DNA of 64,000 nucleotides from Pristiophorus japonicus (GCF_044704955.1 NC_091989.1:35898001-35962000); one strand, 5' to 3'. Shown: positions 22,723 to 35,275, numbered from the stretch's first letter. Made by a program: numbers and translations. Notes: a model not told the origin generated them from the letters alone.

Positions 22723-22841
22723 GGCTGGGCATAAACTGAAGGACATCAACACTTGTGCAGCATTTGGTGAGTGACTCCAGTATTGTATGGATGGTTCCCC
22801 CAGTGCTCAATGAAAATGTAATTACAGCAGAGCAGAGGTGC
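22723..22841 (-). other. 5' UTR portion of exon 1A, bounded by a splice acceptor
   Basis: ttgttctcctctcatttcattacag| acceptor (AG at 22843-22842). In-frame stops lie upstream of the ATG. Confidence 0.6.
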
Positions 22842-23713
22842 CTGTAATGAAATGAGAGGAGAACAATACCCACCGCCAAGAGGATGGCCACTTAATCTTA
22901 TAATTCATACGCTAGTCAGGCAGATTTTAAATTACAGGAAACAAACCACTGTTCACTGAATATTGTCAGTTCAAAGACCTCTTACAAAATGTTACAGGTT
23001 TAATAGAAAAAAGAAATTGACTTCCAGTATGAGGGAATCAGCTATATTTTGACAGAGTTAGTGTGAAATAATACTGTTGGAAATTTTTTTTCACATATCG
23101 ACAAATATGTGCAAAGAATGTCAATTGCATTGAAACACGTCATCGTGTCAATGTAATGAAAATGATACAAAGCTCTTACAATGCGTCTCCCTTCTCAAAT
23201 AGAGAAAAAAACTTGTTGGAAACGTTTTCTTGAATGTAATGCCCCTTTAATTTGACCAGCAATAAAACAAGTCAACTATTGCTTGCGTACAAAAAATTAT
23301 TGGAAAAATATGTAATGGCTGAATGTATGTGATATTTACTGGAGAACACCCTGTGTAAACATCACACAATTAGCAGGGCCAAGCTAACACCAGAAAATAA
23401 ACGAACTAGGGAAATGATTTGGGGAACCATGGTTCCTTGATATACAAAAAGGAATTTACCAGACATTCATATAAAAGGTTTCTAACACAATTAATAGAAA
23501 CATAAATAGGAATGAGTTACAATGCAAAGTCACGGTTGCTATTTGGACAATAATAATCACTTTACACAGAATAAACAAAGCATAGTTGGAATGTTAGATT
23601 ATGATGAGAATGAATGCTGTGTGCTGATTAGTGAAAGAAAAATATATATTCAATTCAGTTTCAGCCAGAGAGCATTATATATTTTTTGACAATATTATTT
23701 GCTGCAACTTTCG

Positions 23714-23828
23714 ACTTACATTGTCACTGCATTGCACTGAAACCGTCTGAATCTGTAGAAAATGTCACATTTATTCAAATACCTGATTGGTCAATGATAG
23801 CCACTAAAAGGTACATTTGATTACGTCA
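23714..23828 (-). promoter_or_regulatory. Candidate promoter and short non-coding exon for isoform 1A
   Basis: On the minus strand in order: CRE-like TGACGTAA (23828-23821), CCAAT (23790-23786), AT-rich GAATAAAT (~23776-23769), donor GTAAGT (23719-23714). Lies in a largely TE-free stretch. Motif-level evidence only. Confidence 0.3.
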
Positions 23829-24784
23829 GTCCTTTTTTAAAGACTTCACCTCATAACAAAATAATCGCCAACATGCTCAGATGTCTTTTTGCTCTTTATT
23901 GCCTACTTACTGTATTGTGATTTTGGGTTATTATGCAAGAGCTTGCCAGAATTATATATATTTGTTGATATATTATCAATGGAACTGCATCATTATTAAT
24001 ATCACGAATAATGATTTTCCACAAAATCTATTACAGATCTGACCTTCTGATTCTTCTGGGAAGTTATGCCATTTGAAAAATAGTTGTATCTACAGTCTGC
24101 TGATGGCTCTGAAATGGTAAGTCCGATTACACACAGGGTGGGATCATTAAACAAATGCCACAAATTTCAGTGTGCTAATTTATCATCCATTTAAAGTAGC
24201 ACCATGCTGATATGGTAACAATTGCCCTAACAAACAGAAAGAGTGTTTAAGGAGGTTTGGTAGTCAAAACAAACAGTATGTCCAATCTTGGCCGTGATAA
24301 TTAATAACAGATAGAGGTGTTTCAAAAGGTTCAAGGTAAAGAGTAGTTAAGAAGCTAATTCTGGTCTCATTACAAAACAAGGATGAAAGGTGAATGGGAG
24401 AATCTGATTGAAGTTTTCAAAATCATAAATAGAACCTAAAATAAAAACAGCATTTGTAAAAATAAAAGGTAAACCAATGTTTCAGGCATAAACATTAACA
24501 CCATGTTTTTCTTTTCAGATACTAACAGACCTGCTGTGCATTTCCAGCCTCATCTGTTCTATTTAAGATTTATAATATTTGCAGTTTTTAAAATTATCTC
24601 GAAGCAAACCAGCTGGAGGTGAAGAAACTCTTCATTCTAAACTAAGAGCTAACTAAGCATCATTAAAAGCAAAGGAAGCACTGAGCTAATAAGTAATGTC
24701 TTCAACATTTTGGGCAGGCAACTTGTGGAATAGGCTGCCCCCTTCTGCAGTGAATATGGGCATGGTGAAACATTCATGAAATAA

Positions 24785-25280
24785 ATAAATTTGCATTCAT
24801 ATAGTGCCTTTAACATAGCAAAACGTTCCAAGGTGCTTCACAGGAGCGTTACATTATGTAACCCTATAGAAGTTGTCCTGTACATAATACAGAATATTGG
24901 ACAAAATTTGATACTGAGCCACATAGGGAGATATTAGAACAGGTGATCAAAAGCTTGGCCAAAAATTTTAAGGAGTTTCTTAAAGAAGGAGAGTGAGGTA
25001 GCGAGGCGGATTGATTTAGGTAATGAAGTCCAGAGTTTAGGGTCTTAGACTGCTGAAGGCACAGTGCCAATGGTGGGGCAAAATCAGAGATGCACAAGAG
25101 GCCAGAATTGGAGGAAAGCAGAGTTCTCGGAGGGGTGTAGGGCTGGAAGAGGCTACAGAGATAGGGAGGAGCGAGGCCATGGAGGGATTTGAACACAATG
25201 ATGAGAATTCTAAATTTGAGGCGTTGCTGGACCGGGAGCCATTGAAGATCAGCAAGCACAGGGGTGATGGGTGATGACCC
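24785..25280 (-). mobile_element. L2 LINE 3' fragment
   Basis: SPITPVLADLQWLPVQQRLKFRILIIVFKSLHGLAPPYL is an L2 ORF2 C-terminus; tail gcactatatgaatgcaa. Confidence 0.85.
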
Positions 25281-26015
25281 ATAACAGAATAAACAGGAAA
25301 TAGGGGAATATATGTTTGACTTCAAGCCATGAGAGAAATAAAAAGGGCTTGGGGGCAGCATTATGATAGAACATATAGAGCCCCAGTGTGTGGCAGTATG
25401 CAATGGTCGGATGTTTGCAACTGCAGCTTTCCACATCACTTCGTACTTGATCTTGCTGTGCAATAAAGGGAGTGAAAAATTAGTGTGACAATCACCACTT
25501 GGCTGTTCTCATTGAGCTCCTAGAGATCACTTCAGGCAGGCCTAAGTGCAGACCACCACGTTCCTCCTCATCTCGGTGGTGAAGCCAGGGAAGAGAAGAG
25601 AAAATAACCTAGGAAAAATGTAAGCTGAATTTGTTACTTGCCTGGTTTTAGCATTTCACCATGGAAATCAACACAAATGACAAAGACTATAAAGCACCTT
25701 GCAAGTATTGCTCCCTTACTTTTTTGGCTAACTCTAAGTCAATGGGCTCAATTTTCCCCAGTGATTTGCGCCGTTTTTTTGCCGTGCGACACTTTTTTTG
25801 GCCTAAATTTAAAAATCCAAGTTTCCCCAAAGATTGTGCGCCAGCGTAACTCAGTTAGTTATGATTTTTTAAGGTTAGTTTTTCTTTGCGTCATAGGGGC
25901 GTAACCTGATGTCTGTGCCAGTTTTTCACATTTATGCAAGTTTGCCCAACTGATATTTTTCCTAGGACGGCGTATGTGACCATGCTGCATAACTTAGCCA
26001 TCATGAGGCAGCAGT

Positions 26016-27138
26016 GGTGAGGGGGTAATATATTAGCATGGATAGAGGATTGGCTAACGAACAGAAAACAGAGAGTCGGGATAAATGGTTCATTCTTGTA
26101 ACCAGTGGGGTGCAGCAGGGATCAGTGCTGGGTCCCTAACTATTTACAATCTATATTAAAAGACATGGAGGAAGGGACCGAGTGTAAAGTAGCCAAGTTG
26201 GCTGACAATACAAAGATGGGAGGAGAAGCAATGTGTGAGGAGGACACAGAAAATCTGCAAAAGGACATAGACAGGCTAAGTGAGTGCGAAAAAATTTGGC
26301 AGATGGAGTATAGTGTTGGAAAGTGTGAGGTCATGCACTTTGGCAGAAAAAAATCAAAGAGCAAGTTATTATTTAAATGGAGAAAGATTGCAACATGCTG
26401 CAGTACAGCGGAACCTGGGGGTACTTGTGCATGAAACACAAAAGATTAGTATGCAGGTACAGCAAGTGATCAGGAAGGCCAATGGAATCTTGGCCTTTAT
26501 TGCAAAGGGGATGGAGCATAAAAGCAGGGAAGTCTTGCTACAGTTGTACAGGATATTGGTGAGGCCACACCTGGAATACTGTGTGCAGTTTTGGTTTCCA
26601 CATTTACGAAAGGATATACTTGCTTTGGAGGCTGTTCAGAGAAGGTTCACAAGGTTGATTCCGGAGATGAGGGGGTTGACATGAGGAAAGGTTGAGGAGG
26701 TTGGGCCTCTACTCATTGGAATTCAGAAGAATGAGAGGTGACTTATCAAAACGTATAAGATTATGAGGGGGCTTGACTAGGTGGATGCAGAGAGGATGTT
26801 TCCACTGATAGGGGAGACTAGAACTAGGGGGCATAATCATAGAATAAGGGGCCGTCCATTTAAAACTGAAATGAGGAGAAATTTCTTCTTTCAGAGAGTT
26901 GTGGATCTGTGGAATTCACTACCTCAGAGAGCTGTGGAAGCTGGGATATTGAATAAATTTAAGACAGAAAAAGACAGTTTCTTAAACGATAAGGGAATAA
27001 GGGGTTATGGAGAGCGGGCAGGGACCTGAGTCCATGATCGGATCAGCCATGATCGTATTAAATGGCGGAGCAGGCTCGAGGGGCCGTATGGCCTACTCTT
27101 GCTTCTATTTCTTATGCTCTTATGCTCTTATGTTCTTA
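26016..27138 (+). mobile_element. CR1 LINE, 5'-truncated, frameshifted
   Basis: [27 protein letters not shown]...WNSLP and a (cttatgtt)-type tail. Same family as 44612-46282. Confidence 0.9.
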
Positions 27139-28825
27139 TGAGAGTAGCTGATGATGATGAGGAGGAAGATGATGATGAGGAGAAGGAAGAAGCCATGCAA
27201 CTACCTGAACCCGGAGCACGACGACGGAGGAGGGCGGGCCATCGTGCCCCTTTAACGATTGCTCGAGCCTTGCACCAGCAGCTCATCCATGAATGCTTTG
27301 CTGCCTGAAGGCTCAGTGGCAACTATTCCAAATGGACCATATTTAATTTTGGACCTGTTCCGTAATGTTGTATTGTGTTAATGGAAAAAATAATGGAAAT
27401 GATTCTTCTTTAGTTCAAAAGGTTGTGTTAATAATGGAACAAATAATGGAAATGATTCAGTTGTAATTTAAAATATATTTTATTCAAAAGTTTAACACTT
27501 GTTTGTACTTAACTTAACTTTAATAAAAATATTCTTGCATCAAACTTTAAAGATTTCAGTTAAGATCACTTAAAAACTTTAAGATAACTTACAAACTTTT
27601 AAACTTGCAAATTTACATAACTAACAAAAAACTTTTAATTTGAGAACATTTACAAAAGTAACAACAACAACAACAACAACAAAGAAAGACTGCACCCATC
27701 TCTCCTCCACCTTATTCTAAGGCCGCCCTTTGCGTTTTGTCTTGTTGACTCCATCCCTGCCCGCAGGCTGTGGCACAACATTTCTTGGGTTGGTACCAAA
27801 CTTATTCTTTTGAACATCTCGGGTAATGCGCACTTCTTGATGGGTGAGGGCGGTGAGGGTGGTGGTGGCAGGGACAGGTGGTAATGTGGAAGGCCCGGCT
27901 TGGGCCTCTTCAGAGGCTGGTCTGGGGATTGGAGTGGGAGTGGCAGTTGATTCTGTCAATGGGCGCGGGGTCTGGGCGTGTTCCCTTATTGCAGCAGCTA
28001 TCTCCAACATTCCCTCCCTCATGTGCCCTGACAATGTTTCAACTACCTCCAACATTCCCTCCCTCATGTTCGCCGACAGTGTCTCAGTTACCTGTGACAT
28101 TCCCTCGTGTTGAGCAACAGTGTGTCAACTACCTGCAACATTCCCTCCCTTATGTTCACCGACAGTGTTTCAACTACCTGCGACATTCCCTCCCTCAAGT
28201 TCACTGACTGAGCATCAGCTACCTGCGATATTCCCTCCCTCATGTGTACCGACATTGTATCCGCTGCCTGAGACATTGCCTCCCTCATGTTCCCGGACAG
28301 CATTCCCATTTCTCTTGAGAGTGTTGTTACTTCTCCCGACAGTCCCGATACCTCATCATCCACCACATTGATGGTGTCCAGGATTGATCGTGTAAGGTCA
28401 ATGCTCTCGGCACTCATTGCCATTATCTGAACCACATCTATTAGATCCTGCACCTCAGGAGAGTGCTGTCGAGCTCTCCTTCCTCATCTCACCCTGGGTG
28501 TGACTCGCTGCATTCCACTGGGACCCACAGCCTTGGACAGTGGGGCCCTGGGTGTGCCTTGCTGCATCCCACTGGGAACCGCAGCCTGGGATGGTGGGGC
28601 CCTGGGTGTGCCTCGCTGCACCCCACTGGAATCCCCAGCCTCGGAATATGGGAAACCATGGAATGTCCCAGGAACAATCGCACCACTCAGGAAAGGGACT
28701 GGCACCTCAATGAGCAGCACCAGCGCCTCCTCCAGAATGAGTACAACAGTGGGGGCTTCATCCATCACCTCCCCCTCCCCCTCACCCCCATACTCTTCGT
28801 CTGGAAGGTGGGATTGGAAGATGTT

Positions 28826-29564
28826 GGTCTCACCGCAGGAGAAGGGTCCACAGCCAGCTAGGGAATGGAAGACCAGCAGGAAGAGTAGTGCAAGGAAGGT
28901 AGTGCAGGGGTCCCCTGTGGTCATCCCCCTGCAAAACAGATACACTGCTTTGAGTGCTGTTGAGGGGGATGACTCACCAGGGGAGGGCAGCAGCAGCCAA
29001 GTTCATGGCACCGTGGCTGGCTCTGTTGCACAGGAGGGCAGGAAAAAGAGTGGGAGAGCGATAGTGATAGGGGATTCAATTGTGAGGGGAATATATAGGC
29101 GTTTCTGCGGCCGCAACCGAGACTCCAGGATGGTATGTTGCCTCCCTGGTGCAAAGGTCAAGGATGTCTCGGAGCAGGTGCAGGACATTCTAAAAAGGGA
29201 GGGAGAACAGCCAGTTGTCGTGGTGCACCTTGGTACCAACGACATAGGTAAAAAAAGGGATGAGGTCCTACGAAACGAATTTAAGGAGCTTGGAGCTAAA
29301 TTAAAAAGTAAGAGCTCAAAAGTAGTAATCTCAGGATTGCTACCAGTGCCATGTGCTAGTCAAAGTAGGAATCGCAGGATAGCGCAGATGAATACGTGGC
29401 TTGAGCAGTGGTGCAGCAGGGAGGGATTCAAATTCCTGGGGCATTGGAACCGGTTCTGGGGGAGGTGGGACCAGTACAAACCGGACGGTCTGCACCTGGG
29501 CAGGACCGGCACCGATGTCCTAGGAGGAGTGTTTGCTAGTGCTGTTGGGGAGGAGTTAAACTAA
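28826..29564 (+). pseudogene. CR1 ORF1 esterase (SGNH hydrolase) domain, 5'-truncated
   Basis: AIVIGDSIVRG (block I), CLPGAKVKDV, VVHLGTND (block III) and PDGLHL (block V). Confidence 0.85.
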
Positions 29565-29641
29565 TATGGCAGGGGGATGGGAACCAATGCAGGGAGACAG
29601 AGGGAAACAAAAAGGAGACAAAAGCAAAAGACAGAAAGGAG

Positions 29642-32546
29642 ATGAGGAAAAGTGGAGGGCAGAGAAACCCAAGACAAAGAACAAAAAGGGCCACTGTACA
29701 GCAAATTTCTAAAAGGACAAAGGGTGTTAAAAAAACAAGCCTGAAGGCTTTGTATCTTAATGCAAGGAGTATCCGTAATAAGATGGATGAATTAACTGTG
29801 CAAATAGATGTTAACAAATATGATGTGATTGGGATTACGGAGACGTGGCTCCAGGATGATCAGGGCTGGGAACTCAACATCCAGGGGTATTCAACATTCA
29901 GGAAGGATAGAATAAAAGGAAAAGGAGGTGGGGTAGCATTGCTGGTTAAAGAGGAGATTAATGCAATAGTTAAGAAGGACATTAGCTTGGATGATGTGGA
30001 ATCTATATGGGTAGAGCTGCAGAACACCAAAGGGCAAAAAACGTTAGTGGGAGTTGTGTACAGACCTCCAAACAGTAGTAGTGATGTTGGGGAGGGCATC
30101 AAACAGGAAATTAGGGGTGCATGCAATAAAGGTGCAGCAGTTATAATGGGTGACTTTAATATGCACATAGATTGGGCTAGCCAAACTGGAAGCAATACGG
30201 TGGAGGAGGATTTCCTGGAGTGCATAAGGGATAGTTTTCTAGACCAATATGTTGAGGAACCAACTAGGGGGGAGGCCATCTTAGACTGGGTGTTGTGTAA
30301 TGAGAGAGGATTAATTAGCAATCTCGTTGTGCGAGGCCCCTTGGGGAAGAGTGACCATAATATGGTGGAATTCTGCATTAGGATGGAGAATGAAACAGTT
30401 AATTCAGAGACCATGGTCCAGAACTTAAAGAAGGGTAACTTTGAAGGTATGAGGCGTGAATTGGCTAGGATAGATTGGCAAATGTTACTTAAGGGGTTGA
30501 CTGTGGATGGGCAATGGCAGACATTTAGTGACCGCATGGATGAACTACAACAATTGTACATTCCTATCTGGCGTAAAAATAAAAAAGGGAAGGTGGCTCA
30601 ACCGTGGCTATCAAGCGAAATCAGGGATAGTATTAAAGCCAAGGAAGTGGCATACAAATTGGCCAGAAATAGCAGCGAACCCGGGGACTGGGAGAAATTT
30701 AGAACTCAGCAGAGGAGGGCAAAGGGTTTGATTAGGGCAGGGAAAATGGAGTACAAGAAGAAGCTTGCAGGGAACATTAAGACGGATTGCAAAGGCTTCT
30801 ATAGATATGTAAAGAGAAAAAGGTTAGTAAAGACAAACGTAGGTCCCCTGCAGTCAGAATCAGGGGAAGTCATAACAGGAACAAAGAAATGGCAGACCAA
30901 TTGAACAAGTACTTTGGTTCGGTATTCACTCAGGAGGACAGAAACAACCTTCCGGATATAAAAGGGGTCAGAGGGTCTAGTAAGGAGGAGGAACTGAGGG
31001 AAATCCTTATTAGTTGGGAAATTGTGTTGGGGAAATTGATAGGATTGAAGGCCGATAAATCCCCAGGGCCTGATGGACTGCATCCCAGAGTACTTAAGGA
31101 GGTGGCCTTGGAAATAGCGGATGCATTGACAGTCATTTTCCAACATTCCATTGACTCTGGATCAGTTCCTATCGAGTGGAGGGTAGCCAATGTAAGCCCA
31201 CTTTTTAAAAAAGGAGGGAGAGAGAAAACAGGTAATTATAGACCGGTCAGCCTGACATCAGTAGTGGGTAAAATGATGGAATCAATTATTAAGGATGTCA
31301 TAGCAGCACATTTGGAAAGAGGTGACATGATAGGTCCAAGTCAGCATGGATTTGTGAAAGGGAAATCATGCTTGACAAATCTTCTGGAATTTTTTGAGGA
31401 TGTTTCCAGTAGAGTGGACAAGGGAGAACCAGTTGATGTGGTATATTTGGACTTTCAGAAGGCTTTCGACAAGGTCCCACACAAGAGATTAATGTGCAAA
31501 GTTAAAGTACATGGGATTGGGAGTAGTGTGCTGATGTGGATTGAGAACTGGTTGGCAGGCAGGAAGCAAAGAGTAGGAGTAAATGGGTACTTTTCAGAAT
31601 GGCAGGCAGTGACTAGTGGGGTACCGCAAGGTTCTGTGCTGGGGCCCCAGCTGTTTACACTGTACATTAATGATTTAGACGAGAGGATTAAATGTAGTAT
31701 CTCCAAATTTGCGGATGACACTAAGTTGGGTGGCAGTGTGAGCTGCGAGGAGGATGCTATGAGGCTGCAGAGTGACTTGGATAGGTTAGGTGAGTGGGCA
31801 AATGCATGGCAGATGAAGTATAATGTGGATAAATGTGAGGTTATCCACTTTGGTGGTAAAAACAGAGAGACAGACTATTATCTGAATGGTGACAGATTAG
31901 GAAAATGGGAGGTGCAACGAGACCTGGGTGTCATGGTACATCAGTCATTGAAGGTTGGCATGCAGGTACAGCAGGCGGTTAAGAAAGCAAATGGCATGTT
32001 GGCCTTCATAGCGAGGGGATTTGAGTACAGGGGCAGGGAGGTGTTGCTATAGTGTATCGGGCCTTGGTGAGGCCACACCTGGAGTATTGTGTACAGTTTT
32101 GGTCTCCTAACTTGAGGAAGGACATTCTTGCTATTGAGGGAGTGTAGCGAAGGTTCACCAGACTGATTCCCGGGATGGTGGGACTGACCTATCAAGAAAG
32201 ACTGGATCAACTGGGCTTGTATTCACTGGAGTTCAGAAGAATGAGAGGGGACCTCATAGAAACGTTTAAAATTCTGACGGGTTTGGACAGGTTAGATGCA
32301 GGAAGAATGTTCCCAATGTTGGGGAAGTCCAGAACCAGGGGTCACAGTCTAAGGATAAGGGGTAAGCCATTTAGGACCGAGCTGAGGAGAAACTTCTTCA
32401 CCCAGAGAGTGGTGAACCTGTGGAATTCTCTACCACAGAAAATTGTTGAGGCCAATTCACTAAATATATTCAAAAGGGAGTTAGATGAAGTCCTTACTAC
32501 TCGGGGGATCAAGGGGTATGGCGAGAAAGCAGGAAGGGGGTACTAA
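29642..32546 (+). pseudogene. CR1 ORF2 (endonuclease-reverse transcriptase), disabled
   Basis: LYLNARSI, GITETWL, GDFN, SDH; YRPVSLTS, GVPQGSVLGP, FADDTKL. One frameshift near 30880 and nonsense codons near 32050 and 32145. Confidence 0.92.
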
Positions 32547-33814
32547 AGTTGCATGTTCAGCCATGAACTCATTGAATGGCGGTGCAGGCTAGAAGGGCCG
32601 AATGGCCTACTCCTGCACCTATTTTCTATGTTTCTATGTTTCTATGTTCTCCTCTTCAGGCTCGTCTGCGTCTGAATCTTCTTCTGCATCGTCAGGGTTG
32701 GCCTCAAGTTCTGCAAAATATAACAGAACAGATAAATGGTTCGCAGCAGAGGAGGGGGCATGGTGGGTGGCATGAGTAGGCCCACACAGTGCAGGCAGAA
32801 GGCTCATTTGAAGGACCACGATGAACGATAGCACATTGCATCAACCGAAGCGTAGCTGACAGAGACATCCCCATGAACCGAAGCCTGGCTAGCCCATGTA
32901 GTACTTAATATTTAGCAAAGCCAGACTGTGGAATTTGCAGGACTTAACCTCTCCCTCGAGTGTGGGCCCAGCTTGTGCAGTGGTGGTTGCTTTTCTCCAG
33001 GTAGGACCCATCAAAGCAGCGATCCTTTCTTCCAAGGGTGTCAGTAGGTGCCGATTTGCTGGGCCTCCTCCTGTTCAAGTTCTTTCTCTTTTGTTGTGTG
33101 TCACCTTCCTCTGCAAAGATGAAAATATAACTTTTTAGAGAGGGTGCCTTTCTGCTGAGTGGGACATACAGATGTCCACATTTACAATTGCAATTCCATT
33201 GAATAAATGAAAATATTACTTACACTAACTACTTGTCCAAGGTCCTGCCACTTCTTTTTACACTGGCCTCCAGACCTCAGGGTGGTCACCATTGCACAGT
33301 AATCTTCTGCAGGTTGGTTCCAGCGTTTCTTCATTTCTTTTGGTGAAATTTTATGTGACCTCTGCTGGTGTTCAGCTTGTGCCATCTGCCCTCACTTACA
33401 GTAACTAGTGCCTCCACTTCATCCTGTAAGAAATTCTTGGTCCTTGAGCTGCGTTGCATATTGTATTGCAGCTCCGATTTTTCCAATGAGAATTAAAGTT
33501 TTCACGCAAAACTGGCTCTTTAAAAATGGCCGACTGTGGACCAGGAGCTGTACTGGACGCGCGCGCCCATAGCAATCACATCAAAAATGTCCTTTTTTTT
33601 TACCGCACACGCACAGAAGTGTGGGGCATCGTTTTTTTCGGTGCAGACATTAGGCTTCAGTCCCCAAAGCTAAAGAACAGGCTGCGTGGCACCAATTTCA
33701 AAAAATAGAACGTGGAAACTTGCTAGTTACTTTTTTTGAAGTAGTCAGGGCCCCAAGAACACGGGCGTAAACTGTGGCAATATGCCAAAAAAAGGCATTG
33801 GGTAAAATTGAGCA

Positions 33815-34130
33815 TGCTGTTTTTCGGATGAGATGTTGAACCGTGGCCCCATCTGCCCTCTCAGGTGGACATGGCACCATTTCAAAGAAGAACAGAGGAG
33901 TTCTCCCCGGTGTCCTGGCCAACATTTATCCCTCAACCAACATCACTAAAACAGATTATCTGGTCATCATCACATTGTTATTTGAGGGACCTTGAGGTAT
34001 GCAAATTTGCTGCTGCTCTTCCTACGTTACAACAGTGGCAACATTTCAAAAAGTACTTAATTGGCTGTAAACCACTTTGGGACATCCTGAGGTCGTGAAA
34101 GGAGCTATATAAATGCAAGTCTTTTTTTTT
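33815..34130 (+). mobile_element. DeuSINE (SacSINE1-like), 5'-truncated
   Basis: Deu domain and tail ctttgggacatcctgaggtcgtgaaaggagctatataaatgcaagtc. Confidence 0.85.
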
Positions 34131-34241
34131 CAGGTCTTTCTATCTGCTAACCTAACTTCAATGAACAGTTAAACACATCTTATAGCCTCGGTTTCCTACA
34201 TTACAACAGTGATTACACTCCAAAAGTACTTCATTCGCTGT

Positions 34242-34479
34242 TGTAATGTATTTGCTTTATAGGTTCTTTGCTTAAGAATTCATAGCAACACATTGCTATC
34301 AAGAACTATTTGGTTTATTAACAAAGGTTTAACAATCACACTACACATTACCAGTTCATCCATTGGGCTCACAACTACATACCTTATTGTGGATGACCTA
34401 GGCACAACTGACTGGAGTTTTATTGAGTCTTGTCAACATCATGTGACTGGCTAAGCCACTCACAATGCAACAGTTCTAC
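34242..34479. mobile_element. Possible solo LTR
   Basis: TGTA...TACA-bounded ~240-bp block that interrupts a SINE tail. No clean TSD. Confidence 0.35.
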
Positions 34480-34489
34480 AACTATTTTG

Positions 34490-35275
34490 TTGTAAACATT
34501 AATCAAGTGCCCCCTGATTAAAGGGGGGGGGGGGGTCATACTCCAAAAACTTTTCAAGTGCCCCCTTGGTTTTTTTTTGAGGGCACCAGAAACACAAATT
34601 ATACAAGTGCCCCATGGCTAAAGGGGGGGAGGGGGAGGCGGGGCAATAACACCGACAAAATTAGACAAATTAAACTTAGACATGTGGTTCAAATTAAAAT
34701 TTGGTTGCCGGGGGTGATGATGCACTTCAGTCCCTCCGGCGTCCATCTCTCACGGAAGGCCATGAGCGTACCAGTGGACACCGCGTGCTCCATCTCCAAG
34801 GGCACCCTGGCTCGGATGTAACCGCGGAAGAGAGGCAGGCAGTCGGGCTGAACGACTCCCTTGACCGCCCGCTGCCTGGACCGGCTGACGGCCCCCTTGG
34901 CCATGCCCAGGAGCAGTCCTATGAGAAGGCCTTCCGACCTGCCCACTCCCCTCCGCACAGGGTGCCCAAAGATCAGGAGTGTGGGACTGAAGTGCAACCA
35001 GAATTTGAGGAGCTGCCCCTTTAAATATTGGAAGAGGGGCTGCAACCTCACACATTCAACATATTCGTCGAACACGGACTCCTCTGGACCGCAGAAATTA
35101 CAGACGGCCTGGGAGCTTGTGAAGCGACTTAAAAACTTATTGCATGGGACTGCTCCATGCAACGCCCTCCAGGCCAATCCCCAATAAATAAGGGGAGGAC
35201 TCCCGCATAGTGAGCACTCCATTGGGGACTCCTGCCTCCTCCGGATGGTGAGATGTCTGGATGGCAACAGCGCTA
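34490..35275 (-). mobile_element. Tx1/L1-clade LINE 3' fragment
   Basis: LAWRALHGAVPCNKFLSRF...CNFCGPEESVFDEYVEC is a zf-RVT/CCHC-like C-terminus, followed by a 3' UTR with C-tracts. Confidence 0.75.

Larger units (their letters stand above)
28826..32648 (+). mobile_element. Near-complete CR1 LINE (5'-truncated ORF1 plus ORF2)
   Basis: ORF1 SGNH/GDSL esterase motifs, ORF2 APE endonuclease and RT, and a (tttctatg)n tail. Inserted at gaagatgtt|ctc in the Myb exon. Confidence 0.95.
27717..33459 (-). pseudogene. Harbinger Myb/SANT-like DNA-binding gene (3 exons), disrupted
   Basis: Exon ~33224-33459 (KKRWNQ...RSGGQCKKKWQDL, donor gtaagt), exon ~32948-33110, and a last exon from 32710 (ELEANPDD) split by a CR1. 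It has 14-aa MREGMxxVVETLS repeats and ends at 27717. Frameshifts present. Confidence 0.75.
25744..33813. mobile_element. PIF/Harbinger DNA transposon (transposase largely deleted) carrying two CR1 insertions
   Basis: TIR-like ends gggctcaattttcccca / tgggtaaaattgagc. Plus-strand transposase C-terminal remnant MLHNLAIMRQQ (~25982) continues after the CR1 as an acidic tract and ARALHQQLIHECF (27140-27308). A convergent Myb/SANT gene lies on the minus strand. Confidence 0.8.

Noticed and set aside
28500-29564. 354-aa ORF as a novel chimeric esterase gene
   Set aside because: It is antisense Harbinger Myb-exon sequence that happens to be in frame with a 5'-truncated CR1 ORF1. It starts at GTG and has no promoter or splice evidence.
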